NCBI GenBank assembly: GCA_035604455.1
Contig: DATNIM010000021.1
Location: 1,730-65,729, forward strand
Source: Gemmatimonadales bacterium
GTDB taxonomy: Bacteria > Gemmatimonadota > Gemmatimonadetes > Gemmatimonadales > GWC2-71-9
Direction: 5' to 3'
DNA: 64,000 nucleotides
The notes under the pieces were generated by a model that was not told the DNA's origin, did no database searches, and saw only the letters and a list, made by a program, of their open reading frames with translations. Of this stretch, positions 8,699 to 17,448 are shown piece after piece (position 1 is the first letter of the stretch; each line of letters opens with the position of its first letter). Position numbers and translations under genes: made by a program.

Positions 8699-9429
8699 CC
8701 GCCGCGCCCGCTCCGCGGGAGCTCACGTCACCCAACACGCACGCCGTGGTGGCGCGGTTGCTCGCCGCGGAATCCGCGTGCGCGCGCGTGCTCGACATCC
8801 CTTGCGGCGAAGGCGCCTTTCTCGCGCGGGCCCAGCGCGCCGGGCACGTGGGATATGGCGTCGACATCGCCAACCGGCTCGAGGGTCGGGGCGTCCGGTT
8901 CGCGCGCGCCGACATGAACGGTGGCCTCCCGTTCGCGGCGGGCGCCTTCGACGCGGTGGTGTGCATCGACGGCATCGAACATCTCGAGCGGCCGTTCGAC
9001 TTCGTGCACGAGTGCCGTCGCGTGCTGCGCCCCGGCGGCGTGCTCATCGTGTCGACCCCGAACATCAGTGCGTTGCGATCGCGGTGGCGGTGGCTGCTGA
9101 CCGGTTTCCACAACAAGCAGAAGGTGCCACTGAACGAGGCCGACCCGACGCCGTGGCATCACGTGAGTCTCCTCTCGTTCCCCATGCTCCGCTACATGCT
9201 GCACCGCGAGGGCTTCGAGCTCCGCACGATCGCGACCAATCGCATCAAGGCAGTGAGCTGGCTCTATCTGCCGCTCTGGCCCATCACCGCGGTGGTCACG
9301 AAAGCTGCCCTCTCGCGGTGGGAGGACGACCCCGGGCAGCGTGAGCGTAACGTGGAAATCCTGCACCAGCTCCTCCTGCCGGCCATCGCGTTCGGGGAGA
9401 CCACGATCGTCAAAGCCGTGCGGCGGTGA
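8695..9429 (+). CDS. Class I SAM-dependent methyltransferase
   Basis: ATG at 8695 (ATGA overlap with the upstream stop). Motif I is VLDIPCGEGAF. Also AFDAVVCIDGIEHLERP and LRPGGVLIVSTPN. Confidence 0.8.
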   Translation: MTAAPAPRELTSPNTHAVVARLLAAESACARVLDIPCGEGAFLARAQRAGHVGYGVDIANRLEGRGVRFARADMNGGLPFAAGAFDAVVCIDGIEHLERPFDFVHECRRVLRPGGVLIVSTPNISALRSRWRWLLTGFHNKQKVPLNEADPTPWHHVSLLSFPMLRYMLHREGFELRTIATNRIKAVSWLYLPLWPITAVVTKAALSRWEDDPGQRERNVEILHQLLLPAIAFGETTIVKAVRR

Positions 9430-10373
9430 GTCGGCCGTTCGCCGGATTGCGGGTGGTGCTGGTGGCGTCGTTCAACGCCCGCTACCACCGCAGCGGCACG
9501 GCGCTCGCGGCGGGCCTCGAGGCCTTGGGCTGCGACGTGACCAGGTGCGAGGCGCGGGACCGCGGGCTCGCGAAGCTCCTCGGGCGCACGCTCGACCAGC
9601 GGCTCGGCGCCGCGGTCGCGCGGGGTGCGGACGTCGTCCTCGCCTTTCGCGGGGAGCGGCTCGATCCCGCGCTCGTAGCAGCGCTCCGGCCCCTCACGCG
9701 CGCCCGGTGGGTGAATTGGTTTCCCGACGATCCGCACGAGGCCGCCCTGTCCGATCGCCTCGCACCCGTGTACGACGCGTTTTTCACGCACGACTCCGCG
9801 AGTCTCGCGCGTTATCGCAGCGGCGGTGTCGAGGCGCACTACCTCGCCTTCGGGTGTGACCCGGGCTTTCTCCGCCCCCTGGCCGGCGGGCCCGCGTGGC
9901 ACGGCCCGCTCGTGTTTGTGGGGTCGCGCGATCCGCTCCGCGAGCGCGTGCTCCAGGACGTCGCCGACCTGGGCCTCGTCGTTTGGGGGCCGCGCTGGCC
10001 GAACGGACCGGTGTACGGCACCAACTTTGTCCGGGCGCTGGCCGGCGGGACCGTCGGTTTGAACGTGCACCAGCAATTCGGCGGGGACGACCCGGCGCGC
10101 TACGGCTCGGGGGCGAACATGCGGGTCTTCGAGCTCGCCGCTGTTGGGACGCCGCAGCTCGTGGACGCCAAGGCCGATATCCCCCGCCACTTCGCGCCGG
10201 ACCAGGAGATCGTGCTGTACCGGAGCGTGGCGGAACTCCGAGCCCGCGCGTCCGAACTGCTGGCAAATGAGCCGCAGCGCCGCTCCCTGTCGACGGCCGC
10301 GCGGACCCGCGCCCTCCGCGAGCACACGTGGACGCAGCGGCTCGAGGAACTCTTGACGATTACGCTCCGCTAG
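9426..10373 (+). CDS. CgeB-family / GT1-like glycosyltransferase
   Basis: GTGA overlap with the upstream stop. C-terminal NMRVFELAAVGTPQLVD...EIVLYRSVAELRARASELLANEPQRRSLSTAARTRALREHTWTQR resembles the CgeB-type C-terminal domain. Confidence 0.65.
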   Translation: MSRPFAGLRVVLVASFNARYHRSGTALAAGLEALGCDVTRCEARDRGLAKLLGRTLDQRLGAAVARGADVVLAFRGERLDPALVAALRPLTRARWVNWFPDDPHEAALSDRLAPVYDAFFTHDSASLARYRSGGVEAHYLAFGCDPGFLRPLAGGPAWHGPLVFVGSRDPLRERVLQDVADLGLVVWGPRWPNGPVYGTNFVRALAGGTVGLNVHQQFGGDDPARYGSGANMRVFELAAVGTPQLVDAKADIPRHFAPDQEIVLYRSVAELRARASELLANEPQRRSLSTAARTRALREHTWTQRLEELLTITLR

Positions 10374-11305
10374 GCGTCCGTCGCCGCGCGACCCGCCGGC
10401 AGGGCGTCGCGCTCGAGTACGTCGGCGTACATGCGGAGGTAGCCCGCGGCCATCGCCCGATGGGTGAAGTTGCGCTCCGCGTGGGCGCGACAGGCGGCGG
10501 CCGTACGGGTTTCGATTTCCGCCCGTGCGGTCACCAGATCGTCCAGGGAGTCCCCGAGCGCGCCGACCTCGGGACTCACGATTTCGGGCAAGGCGCCGCG
10601 TCGCGTTCCCAACACCGGTGTCCCCGAGAACAACCCTTCGATCGCGGTCAGGCCAAAGGGCTCCTCCCATAGCGCTGGCGCCCAGAGGCAGCGTGCGCCG
10701 GCGAGGAGCTCCACTTTGCGCGCGCCCCCGACGGCGCCCACGAATCGCACGCCGCCGCGCAAGCTCGGCCTCCAGCCTCCCGCAATCACAAGCGGTCGCC
10801 CCGCGCGGCGCGCCCCTTCGATGGCCCAGCGGTAGCCCTTCACGCGGTGCAGGCGGCCGAGAAACAGGTCATAAGCTCCCTTGGTCGCTCGGTACTCGTA
10901 ATCCGTGGGGTCGAGCCCGTTGTGGACGAACGCGTCGCGCTGGTAGTACGCGGCGTGCGCGCGAGAGACGAAAATCGTGAGCGGGGGCGGCGAGGCTCCC
11001 TTGGGCAGGTGACCGTGGAGCGTTTGGACGTAAGGCCGCGAGGGTGCCCGGTTGAGGAGGAAATGGGCATGCAGGATGTCTGAGTCCCTCGGCGCGAGCG
11101 TGGCAAGGTCGAGGCGGGGATCCGTCAGTACTTCCGGCGCCACGGGGACCACCGTGACGTCAGGAACGAGGGTGCCCGGAGCGGCAAGGAGGGTGACCTG
11201 ATGCCCCAACGCCCGAAGGCCCCGCACCAAGGCCACGACCACGCGCTCGGTTCCTCCATAGCCCGTCACGGGCAGCCGGTAGTGCGACGCGATCGTGACG
11301 TGCAC
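10370..11305 (-). CDS. Glycosyltransferase family 4/1
   Basis: GYGGTERVVVALVRGLRALGHQVTL... plus EPFGLTAIEGLFSGTPVLGTRRGALPEIV (the E-x7-E region). Confidence 0.8.
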   Translation of the reverse strand: MHVTIASHYRLPVTGYGGTERVVVALVRGLRALGHQVTLLAAPGTLVPDVTVVPVAPEVLTDPRLDLATLAPRDSDILHAHFLLNRAPSRPYVQTLHGHLPKGASPPPLTIFVSRAHAAYYQRDAFVHNGLDPTDYEYRATKGAYDLFLGRLHRVKGYRWAIEGARRAGRPLVIAGGWRPSLRGGVRFVGAVGGARKVELLAGARCLWAPALWEEPFGLTAIEGLFSGTPVLGTRRGALPEIVSPEVGALGDSLDDLVTARAEIETRTAAACRAHAERNFTHRAMAAGYLRMYADVLERDALPAGRAATDA

Positions 11306-11308
11306 CGG

Positions 11309-12445
11309 TTATGCCGGCAGTGTCCGGTAGACTGCGAGGACGCCCTCAGCCATTGCTGGGGCGGTGCAGTCGGGGGGGAGGGTTGTGGCCTCCGGATGCT
11401 CGAGCGCGTGCACGACGGCGTTGCCGAGCGCGCTCGGGTCGCCCACGGGCACGAGCCCAGATGGCGGCGCAATTTCCGGAAGACCGCCCGCACGGGTCGC
11501 GACCACCGGCTTGCCGAGGGCCAGGGCGTGCAACACCACGCTCCCCAGCCCCTCCTCACGAGAGGACATGACGAATACGTCGGCCTCGCGAATCAGCGCA
11601 TCCGCTTCGGGCACATACCCCAGCAGGTGCACGCGGTGCTCGAGTCCGGCCCGCGCGATCTCCGCGGCAAGCGCCGGGCGCAGAGGTCCCGCTCCAGCGA
11701 TCGCCCAGTGGAGGTCGGGGCGGCGAGCGGCAGTCGCTGTCGCGGCGCCGATCAGCGTGCGGTGGTCCTTGTGGGCCACGAGGGCCGCGACGTTGACGGC
11801 GAGCGGCGTCGCGGGCGGGAGCCCGAGACGGCCGCGAATGTCGAGCGGCACCGCCGCGCTCCGCCGCACGGCCTCGGGATCGATGCCGTCGCGGACGACG
11901 GTGATCCGGTCGGCAGGCACGCCGTCCGATCCGAGGACGCGGGCCACCGCTTCTGAGACGGCGATGACGCGCCCCGCCCGTTGCCAAAGGCCTCGCCGAC
12001 GCAAGTGAAAGTCCACACGCCGAGTGGCGACGAGCTGGGCCGGCCCACCGCACCGGCGGGCCCAGGTCGCTAGCAGGAGCGCGTGGCTGTCGTGCGCGTG
12101 GATGACGACGGGGCGGAAGCGCCGCACTTCCCGGCAGAGCGCCCAGAGGGCCCGAGGATCGAGCGCGGCCGTCCATGGGGTGCCGCGCACCGAGACCCCG
12201 GCGGCGCGAGCGCGCTGAGCGAGCTCGCCTGCGCCATTCGTGACGAGTCGCACGTCCACGCCCGCGCGCGTGAGCTCCTGGCCCAGCAGCAGCACCTGCG
12301 CCTGGCCTCCCCGCCACTCGCGGCCCGAGTCGACCAAGAGGACGCGCAGCGTCCCTGGCGGCCGCGCCGGTCTCGCGGGCTCGGCTACGCTTAGATCGGG
12401 CGTCGGCCGGCCTCCGGGGGAGGGACGTAGATAAGGAAAGCCCAA
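11309..12445 (-). CDS. Glycosyltransferase family 4 (start uncertain)
   Basis: LRVLLVDSGREWRGGQAQVLLLGQEL...SSREEGLGSVVLHALALGKPVVATRAGGLPEI. The track ORF extends to 12853, but its first ~140-170 aa are Arg/Ser-rich and cross the divergent gene. Candidate TTG starts are at 12445 and 12337. Confidence 0.7.
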   Translation of the reverse strand: MGFPYLRPSPGGRPTPDLSVAEPARPARPPGTLRVLLVDSGREWRGGQAQVLLLGQELTRAGVDVRLVTNGAGELAQRARAAGVSVRGTPWTAALDPRALWALCREVRRFRPVVIHAHDSHALLLATWARRCGGPAQLVATRRVDFHLRRRGLWQRAGRVIAVSEAVARVLGSDGVPADRITVVRDGIDPEAVRRSAAVPLDIRGRLGLPPATPLAVNVAALVAHKDHRTLIGAATATAARRPDLHWAIAGAGPLRPALAAEIARAGLEHRVHLLGYVPEADALIREADVFVMSSREEGLGSVVLHALALGKPVVATRAGGLPEIAPPSGLVPVGDPSALGNAVVHALEHPEATTLPPDCTAPAMAEGVLAVYRTLPA

Positions 12446-12575
12446 CGCGCGAGCAACGAGCCGATCACGGCTCCAGGCGGGCGATGCCTTGCCAAAAGGG
12501 TCGTGGCGTCCCCTGATTATACAGCGTGCCCGTCGCCCCCAGTATGTCGCGAGACCGCATGCCACGCGGCGGGCG

Positions 12576-13748
12576 ATGACCGCGCTGCTCCTCGCCCACG
12601 ACTTCCCCCCGCTTGGCGGTGGCATCGCGCGGCTGCACAGCGAACTCGCGCTGCGTTTTCCCCCTGGTGAGCTCATCGTCTCGACGCCCGCCGACCCCGA
12701 TGCCGCGGAGGTCGATGGCGCGTTCGGCGGCGCCGTGGACCGACTGCCAATCAGCCGCAATCGCGTAAAGACACTCCCGGGGCTGCTCCTGTGGTCCCGT
12801 CGCGCGACGGCCCTCACGCGCGAGCACGGTGTGAGATTCGTGTATTGCGGCAACGTGAAGCCGGCCGGCTACCCGGCGCGGTGGGTTCACGAGCGCCTCG
12901 GCATACCGTATTGCATCTTCCTCTATGGCGGCGACCTCTTGAGCGAACTCCACAAGTACCACCATTCCGCCTTCAAGCGACGCTCCGGGAAGGCGATCAT
13001 CGGCGGGGCCGCCGCGCTCGTGGCTATCAGCACCTGGACCCGCGATCTCGCGCTCTCCGTGCTCGGGGAACTGGGCCTCGACGGTCACGGCAAGCGGTTG
13101 CGCATCGTGCGACTCGGGACGGACCCGGAGCGGTTTCGTCCGGGGATCGACCCCACTGCACTCCGGGACCGACTCCGGCTCCCGAACCGCGGCGTGTGGT
13201 TGCTCACCGTGGCGCGCCTCGATCCCCACAAGGGCGTCGACACGGGGATCCGCGCGCTCCCGGCCATCCTCGCCCGTCATCGCGACGTGCAGTACGCGGT
13301 CGCCGGCAGCGGCCCCGAGCGCGATCGCCTCGAGCGACTCGCGCACCAGACGGGCGTGGCGGCGCACGTCCATTTTCTCGGCGAGGTCGCCGAGCGTGAC
13401 CTCCCAGCTCTCTACAACCTTGCCTCCGTGTATGTGGGCCTGTCGCGACGCGCCGAGCGGATCGGGGTTGAGGGATTCGGCATCTCGCTCGTCGAGGCCT
13501 CGGCGAGCGGCCTGCCGATCGTGGCGGGCAACTCGGGCGGTGTGCCCGACGCGGTGCGTGACGGGGAAACGGGGTTTCTCGTGCCCCCCGAAGACCCCGA
13601 GGCCGTGGCCGCGGCCGTCTGCCGGTTGCTCGACGACCGCGCACTTGCCGCGCAGGTCGGCGCGGCCGGGCGGCACGCGGTCGAGACCTATTACAACTGG
13701 GACCGCGTGGTGCGGGACATGCGGGCGATCGAGCTGGAGTGTGTCTAG
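12576..13748 (+). CDS. Glycosyltransferase family 4 (PimB-like)
   Basis: MTALLLAHDFPPLGGGIARL... plus GVEGFGISLVEASASGLPIVAGNSGGVPDAVRDGETGFLV. The ATG at 12576 is an internal Met of track ORF 12489..13748. Confidence 0.85.
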   Translation: MTALLLAHDFPPLGGGIARLHSELALRFPPGELIVSTPADPDAAEVDGAFGGAVDRLPISRNRVKTLPGLLLWSRRATALTREHGVRFVYCGNVKPAGYPARWVHERLGIPYCIFLYGGDLLSELHKYHHSAFKRRSGKAIIGGAAALVAISTWTRDLALSVLGELGLDGHGKRLRIVRLGTDPERFRPGIDPTALRDRLRLPNRGVWLLTVARLDPHKGVDTGIRALPAILARHRDVQYAVAGSGPERDRLERLAHQTGVAAHVHFLGEVAERDLPALYNLASVYVGLSRRAERIGVEGFGISLVEASASGLPIVAGNSGGVPDAVRDGETGFLVPPEDPEAVAAAVCRLLDDRALAAQVGAAGRHAVETYYNWDRVVRDMRAIELECV

Positions 13749-14830
13749 GCTCCGGCCGCCCCGGCGACTTTCTGTGCGAGAGCCGGGCGCGCACTGATCG
13801 CGTACGTCGGGCAGTGGCGGATGAACCCTCCATCGATCGGCGACCACTCCTGCTCGGGCGCCGTCACGACCGCCCGTCGTTGCGCATCGAGGACGAACAT
13901 CCCCGGCGGCCCTTGCACGAGGCAGGCGCCGCACCCGACGCACCGCTCGCGTTCGACGCGCACGCTGACGCGTCGGCGAGGGTAGACACCTTCGTCCCCC
14001 AACCGCGGCCACTCCTCCGGTTGGCCGAGGGCTGCGGTCGCTTCCCGGTACCCCTCCTCCACGAGCTCCCGCAGGTGATCGAAGGAGAAGGGTGAGATGT
14101 GCTCGACCCGGGGGTGCATGAAGTAGATCGGCGGCGTAGTCCAGGCGGCGAGCCGGAGCTCGAGGGTCGACTGGATGGCGAGCTCGGTGGCGCGCGAGAA
14201 GACGGCGGCGAAGCCCTCCTCCTGGGTGTCGGCGCGGAAGGCGCTCGAGGCCGATACATCGACCGCGACAACGAGGTCCACGCCGAGCGCGCGCGCCGTG
14301 GCGACGGGGAGGTTGTCCACCGTCGCGCCGTCCACGCAGTAGTGGCCCCGGATTTCGCGCGGCGGGAGGTAGCCCGGCAGGGCGCACGAGGCAAACACGG
14401 CGTCGGCTACGCGCGCGTCCTCGAGCCCGTCGAGGCCCCAGAAGATCTGCATCCCGGAATTGATGTCGACGGTGTTCACGATCAGCGGCCGCTCGAGCTG
14501 GGCGAACGTCAGGTCGCCCACGAGACGGTCGAGCAACGTCTCGAGCGGCTCCCGGCGAAACAGCGCGGGGGAGCGCATGCGTTTGAAGGCCATGTCGGCG
14601 TGGGCGACGACGAAGATGTCGCGGCGGCGGAGCTGGATCGCCAGCTCGCGCAGCGCATCGGGGTCGCGGCCCGCGGCCCAGGCTGCCCCGACCAATGCGC
14701 CGACGCTCGAGCCGATCACACAGCTCGGCGTGAGCCCGCGCTCGGCGAGGGCCTGAAAGACGCCCACGTGCGCGAGGCCTTTCATGCCGCCGCCCCCCAA
14801 CACGAGACTAAAGCGCGTCGCGCTGTTCAC
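13745..14830 (-). CDS. Patatin-like phospholipase with a C-terminal ferredoxin-like (CxxCxxC...CP) domain
   Basis: Patatin motifs: LVLGGGGMKGLAHVG, GSSVGAL (GxSxG), DGATVDN (catalytic Asp). C-terminus: VRVERERCVGCGACLVQGPPGMFVLD...FIRHCPTYAI. Confidence 0.85.
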   Translation of the reverse strand: MNSATRFSLVLGGGGMKGLAHVGVFQALAERGLTPSCVIGSSVGALVGAAWAAGRDPDALRELAIQLRRRDIFVVAHADMAFKRMRSPALFRREPLETLLDRLVGDLTFAQLERPLIVNTVDINSGMQIFWGLDGLEDARVADAVFASCALPGYLPPREIRGHYCVDGATVDNLPVATARALGVDLVVAVDVSASSAFRADTQEEGFAAVFSRATELAIQSTLELRLAAWTTPPIYFMHPRVEHISPFSFDHLRELVEEGYREATAALGQPEEWPRLGDEGVYPRRRVSVRVERERCVGCGACLVQGPPGMFVLDAQRRAVVTAPEQEWSPIDGGFIRHCPTYAISARPALAQKVAGAAGA

Positions 14831-14877
14831 GTGTCCCGCCCGCTTGCCCGGAAGGTCGGCCCCCGACTAACGTAGTC

Positions 14878-16128
14878 GTGGCCGCCAGCCAAGCGCCATT
14901 CGTCGGGCGCGCGACGGCCGCAGATCGAGGCGATCCCGGCGTGACCGACATTGCGTATCATCCCACCCGCCTCCGGGCGCTCCGCGACACGTTCCGCGCG
15001 CTGCGCGCCACCGAGTTTCCGTGGACTGCGGACACGGTGTATCTCAACAACGCGTCCATCGGCCCGATCCCCGAGCGCACCCGCCGGGCGTTGGACGAAT
15101 TCACCGCGAAGCGTACGGCACCGCACCTCCTGCCGGACCGCGAGCTCCTCGCTGGTCTGCAGGCCGCCCGAGAACAGGTGGCCCGGCTCATCAACGCGAC
15201 CGCGGGCGAGATCGCGCTCACGACCAACACCGGGGTCGGGCTTAACCTGGCCGCGCGGGCCCTGCCGCTACGCCCGGGCGACGTCGTGCTCGTCTCGGAC
15301 AAGCAGTTCCCGGCCAACGTCTACCCGTGGCTGCTGCTCAAGAAGGATGGGATCGAAGTTGAGCTGGCGCCGTGCGCGCCGGGTGGCTGGCCCGACGAAG
15401 ACTACCTGGTCGAGCGGCTGGCGGACCCGCGCGTACGCGTCCTCGCCGTGTCGTTCGTGCAGTTCTCAAACGGCTATCGTGTGGATCTCGGGCGCGTCGG
15501 CGCCGCCTGCCGCGCGAACGGCACGTTCCTCGTCGTCGACGGCATCCAGGGCGTCGGGAACTCGGTGCTGGACGTGCAGGAGACCCCCGTCGACATTCTC
15601 GCTTGCGGGGGGCAGAAGTGGCTCATGTCCCCATGGGGTTCGGGGTTCCTGTACGTCCGGCGCGAGCTCGTGCGGGTACTCGAGCCCGCTGTAGCGGGCT
15701 GGATGGCGTTCGAGGGGACGGACGACTTCTCCCGCCTCACCGAGTACAACCCGACATTCCGAGGCGACGCGCGTCGGTTCGAGATGGCCACGTTGCCCTA
15801 TCAGGATTTCGTCGGCTTGACGGTGTCGGCCGGTCTCTTGGCCGAACTCGGGATTCGCGACATCGCCGAGCACACGCGCTCGCTCCACGAGCCCGTGTGG
15901 CAGTGGGCGGATGCAGTGGGGATGCGGGTCGTGTCGCCGCGCGACGAGGCGCACCGCTCGGCGATCGTCTGCCTCGCACCGGAGCGCGCGGCCGAGGCGT
16001 TTCACGCCGTGCGTCGCGCCCACATCGTCTGCTCGCTTCGGGAGGGGGCGATCCGCCTGTCGCCCCATTGCTTCAACACGGCGGATGAAATGGAACGCGT
16101 CCTCGGCGTCCTCGAGGAGTTCGCCTAG
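14878..16128 (+). CDS. Class V aminotransferase / cysteine-desulfurase-like PLP enzyme
   Basis: VYLNNASIGPIP..., FLVVDGIQGVG, ACGGQKWLMSPWGSGFLY (PLP-lysine region). Alternative GTG start at 14941. Confidence 0.85.
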   Translation: MAASQAPFVGRATAADRGDPGVTDIAYHPTRLRALRDTFRALRATEFPWTADTVYLNNASIGPIPERTRRALDEFTAKRTAPHLLPDRELLAGLQAAREQVARLINATAGEIALTTNTGVGLNLAARALPLRPGDVVLVSDKQFPANVYPWLLLKKDGIEVELAPCAPGGWPDEDYLVERLADPRVRVLAVSFVQFSNGYRVDLGRVGAACRANGTFLVVDGIQGVGNSVLDVQETPVDILACGGQKWLMSPWGSGFLYVRRELVRVLEPAVAGWMAFEGTDDFSRLTEYNPTFRGDARRFEMATLPYQDFVGLTVSAGLLAELGIRDIAEHTRSLHEPVWQWADAVGMRVVSPRDEAHRSAIVCLAPERAAEAFHAVRRAHIVCSLREGAIRLSPHCFNTADEMERVLGVLEEFA

Positions 16129-17390
16129 CGGTCCCGAGGTTCGAGCAGGGCGTAGTCCTTTTTCCCGCGACGCAGCAGCACGTGGCCGCCCGCGAGCCCA
16201 TCCGACGGACCGATCCGGCGTTCAGGATCCTGCACGCGGACCTGGTTCACGTAGATCCCCCCTTGTTGAATGGCCCGGCGCGCATCGCTCTTGGAGGTGG
16301 CGAGCCCCACCTGTGTGAGGGCATCAACGAGGGGCACGTCGCCCTCCGGCGGCAGCGCGCCGGTCGGGATCTCGGAGGAGAGCGTGGCGAGCGCGGGAGC
16401 GCTCACGCGGCGCGGATCGGAGTCGTCGAAGAGCAACGCGCTCGCGGCGGCGGCGCCGTCGGCGGCCGCGGGCCCGTGCACGAGCGCGGTGAGATCCGCG
16501 GCGAGACGGCGCTGGGCCACGCGGGCCGCGGGATTCTTGGCGTGTTCGGCGAGGACGGCCGCAATGTCGTCGGCCACTCGGGACGTGAAGTACTTGAGAT
16601 AGCGCTCGACGTCCCGGTCGTCGCTGTTGATCCAGAACTGGTAGAGCTTGTAGGGCGACGTGCGCACCGGATCAAGCCAGATCGCCCCCGCCTCGGTTTT
16701 CCCGAACTTGGCGCCGGTCGCCGTCGTGACGAGGGGTGCCACGAGGCCGTGCGCCTCTTTTCCCTCGACTCTGCGAATGAGGTCGATGCCCGCGGTGATG
16801 TTGCCCCACTGGTCGCTGCCGCCCACTTGGACGCTGCACCGATGGGTCCGCGCGAGGTGCAGGAAATCGAAAGCCTGGAGCAGGATGTAGCTGAACTCGG
16901 TGTAGGAGATGCCCGCCTCGAGACGGCCCTGGATGGACTCCTTCTGCAGCATCACGTTCACGGTGAAGTGCTTGCCGACGTCGCGGAGGAAGTCGAGCAG
17001 CGGCTCCGGGGAAAGCCAGTCGGCGTTGTTCAGCACCCGGGCCTGGGCCGGCCCGGGGTCGAAGTCCAGGAACCGCTGCATCTGATCGCGCTGGCGGTGC
17101 AGGTTCTCGCGAATCTCTTCCCGCGACAGCAGCGGACGCTCGTCGCGCTTCCCGCTCGGATCGCCGATCAGGCCAGTGCCGCCGCCCATGAGGACGATTG
17201 GCTGATGGCCAGCTCGTTGAAAGTGTCGGAGCAGTGTGAGCGGGATCAGGTTCCCAAGCTGCAGGCTCGGTGCGGTGGGATCGAACCCGGCGTAGACGGC
17301 CGTGGGCCCGCGGCCGAGGTGCGTGGCGAGGGCGGGCGTGGCCTGCTGCACGAGGTCGCGGCACTCGAGCTCGGCGATCAGGTCCGGCAT
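16125..17390 (-). CDS. tyrS: Tyrosine--tRNA ligase
   Basis: YAGFDPTAPSLQLGNLIPL, GGTGLIGDPSGK, QVGGSDQWGNITAG, KFGKTE (KMSKS-type), and a C-terminal S4-like GGIYVNQVRV. Confidence 0.95.
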   Translation of the reverse strand: MPDLIAELECRDLVQQATPALATHLGRGPTAVYAGFDPTAPSLQLGNLIPLTLLRHFQRAGHQPIVLMGGGTGLIGDPSGKRDERPLLSREEIRENLHRQRDQMQRFLDFDPGPAQARVLNNADWLSPEPLLDFLRDVGKHFTVNVMLQKESIQGRLEAGISYTEFSYILLQAFDFLHLARTHRCSVQVGGSDQWGNITAGIDLIRRVEGKEAHGLVAPLVTTATGAKFGKTEAGAIWLDPVRTSPYKLYQFWINSDDRDVERYLKYFTSRVADDIAAVLAEHAKNPAARVAQRRLAADLTALVHGPAAADGAAAASALLFDDSDPRRVSAPALATLSSEIPTGALPPEGDVPLVDALTQVGLATSKSDARRAIQQGGIYVNQVRVQDPERRIGPSDGLAGGHVLLRRGKKDYALLEPRDR

Positions 17391-17448
17391 GGGGCGGAAT
17401 CGTAAGAGTCCCTCGAACTGGTAGCAAGGCGCCGACGCCTCGACTAGG

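Noticed and set aside
11309-12853. A full 514-aa reading of the second GT4 gene.
   Set aside because: The first ~140-170 residues are Ser/Arg-rich and motif-free, and they run through the start of the divergent GT4 gene. The GT4 fold starts at LRVLLVDSG.
13745-14830. The patatin phospholipase could be a CBASS-type effector (CapV-like).
   Set aside because: No CD-NTase, cyclase, E1/E2/JAB or other signalling gene is adjacent. The neighbours are a glycosyltransferase and an aminotransferase, and the C-terminal domain looks like a ferredoxin, not a nucleotide sensor.
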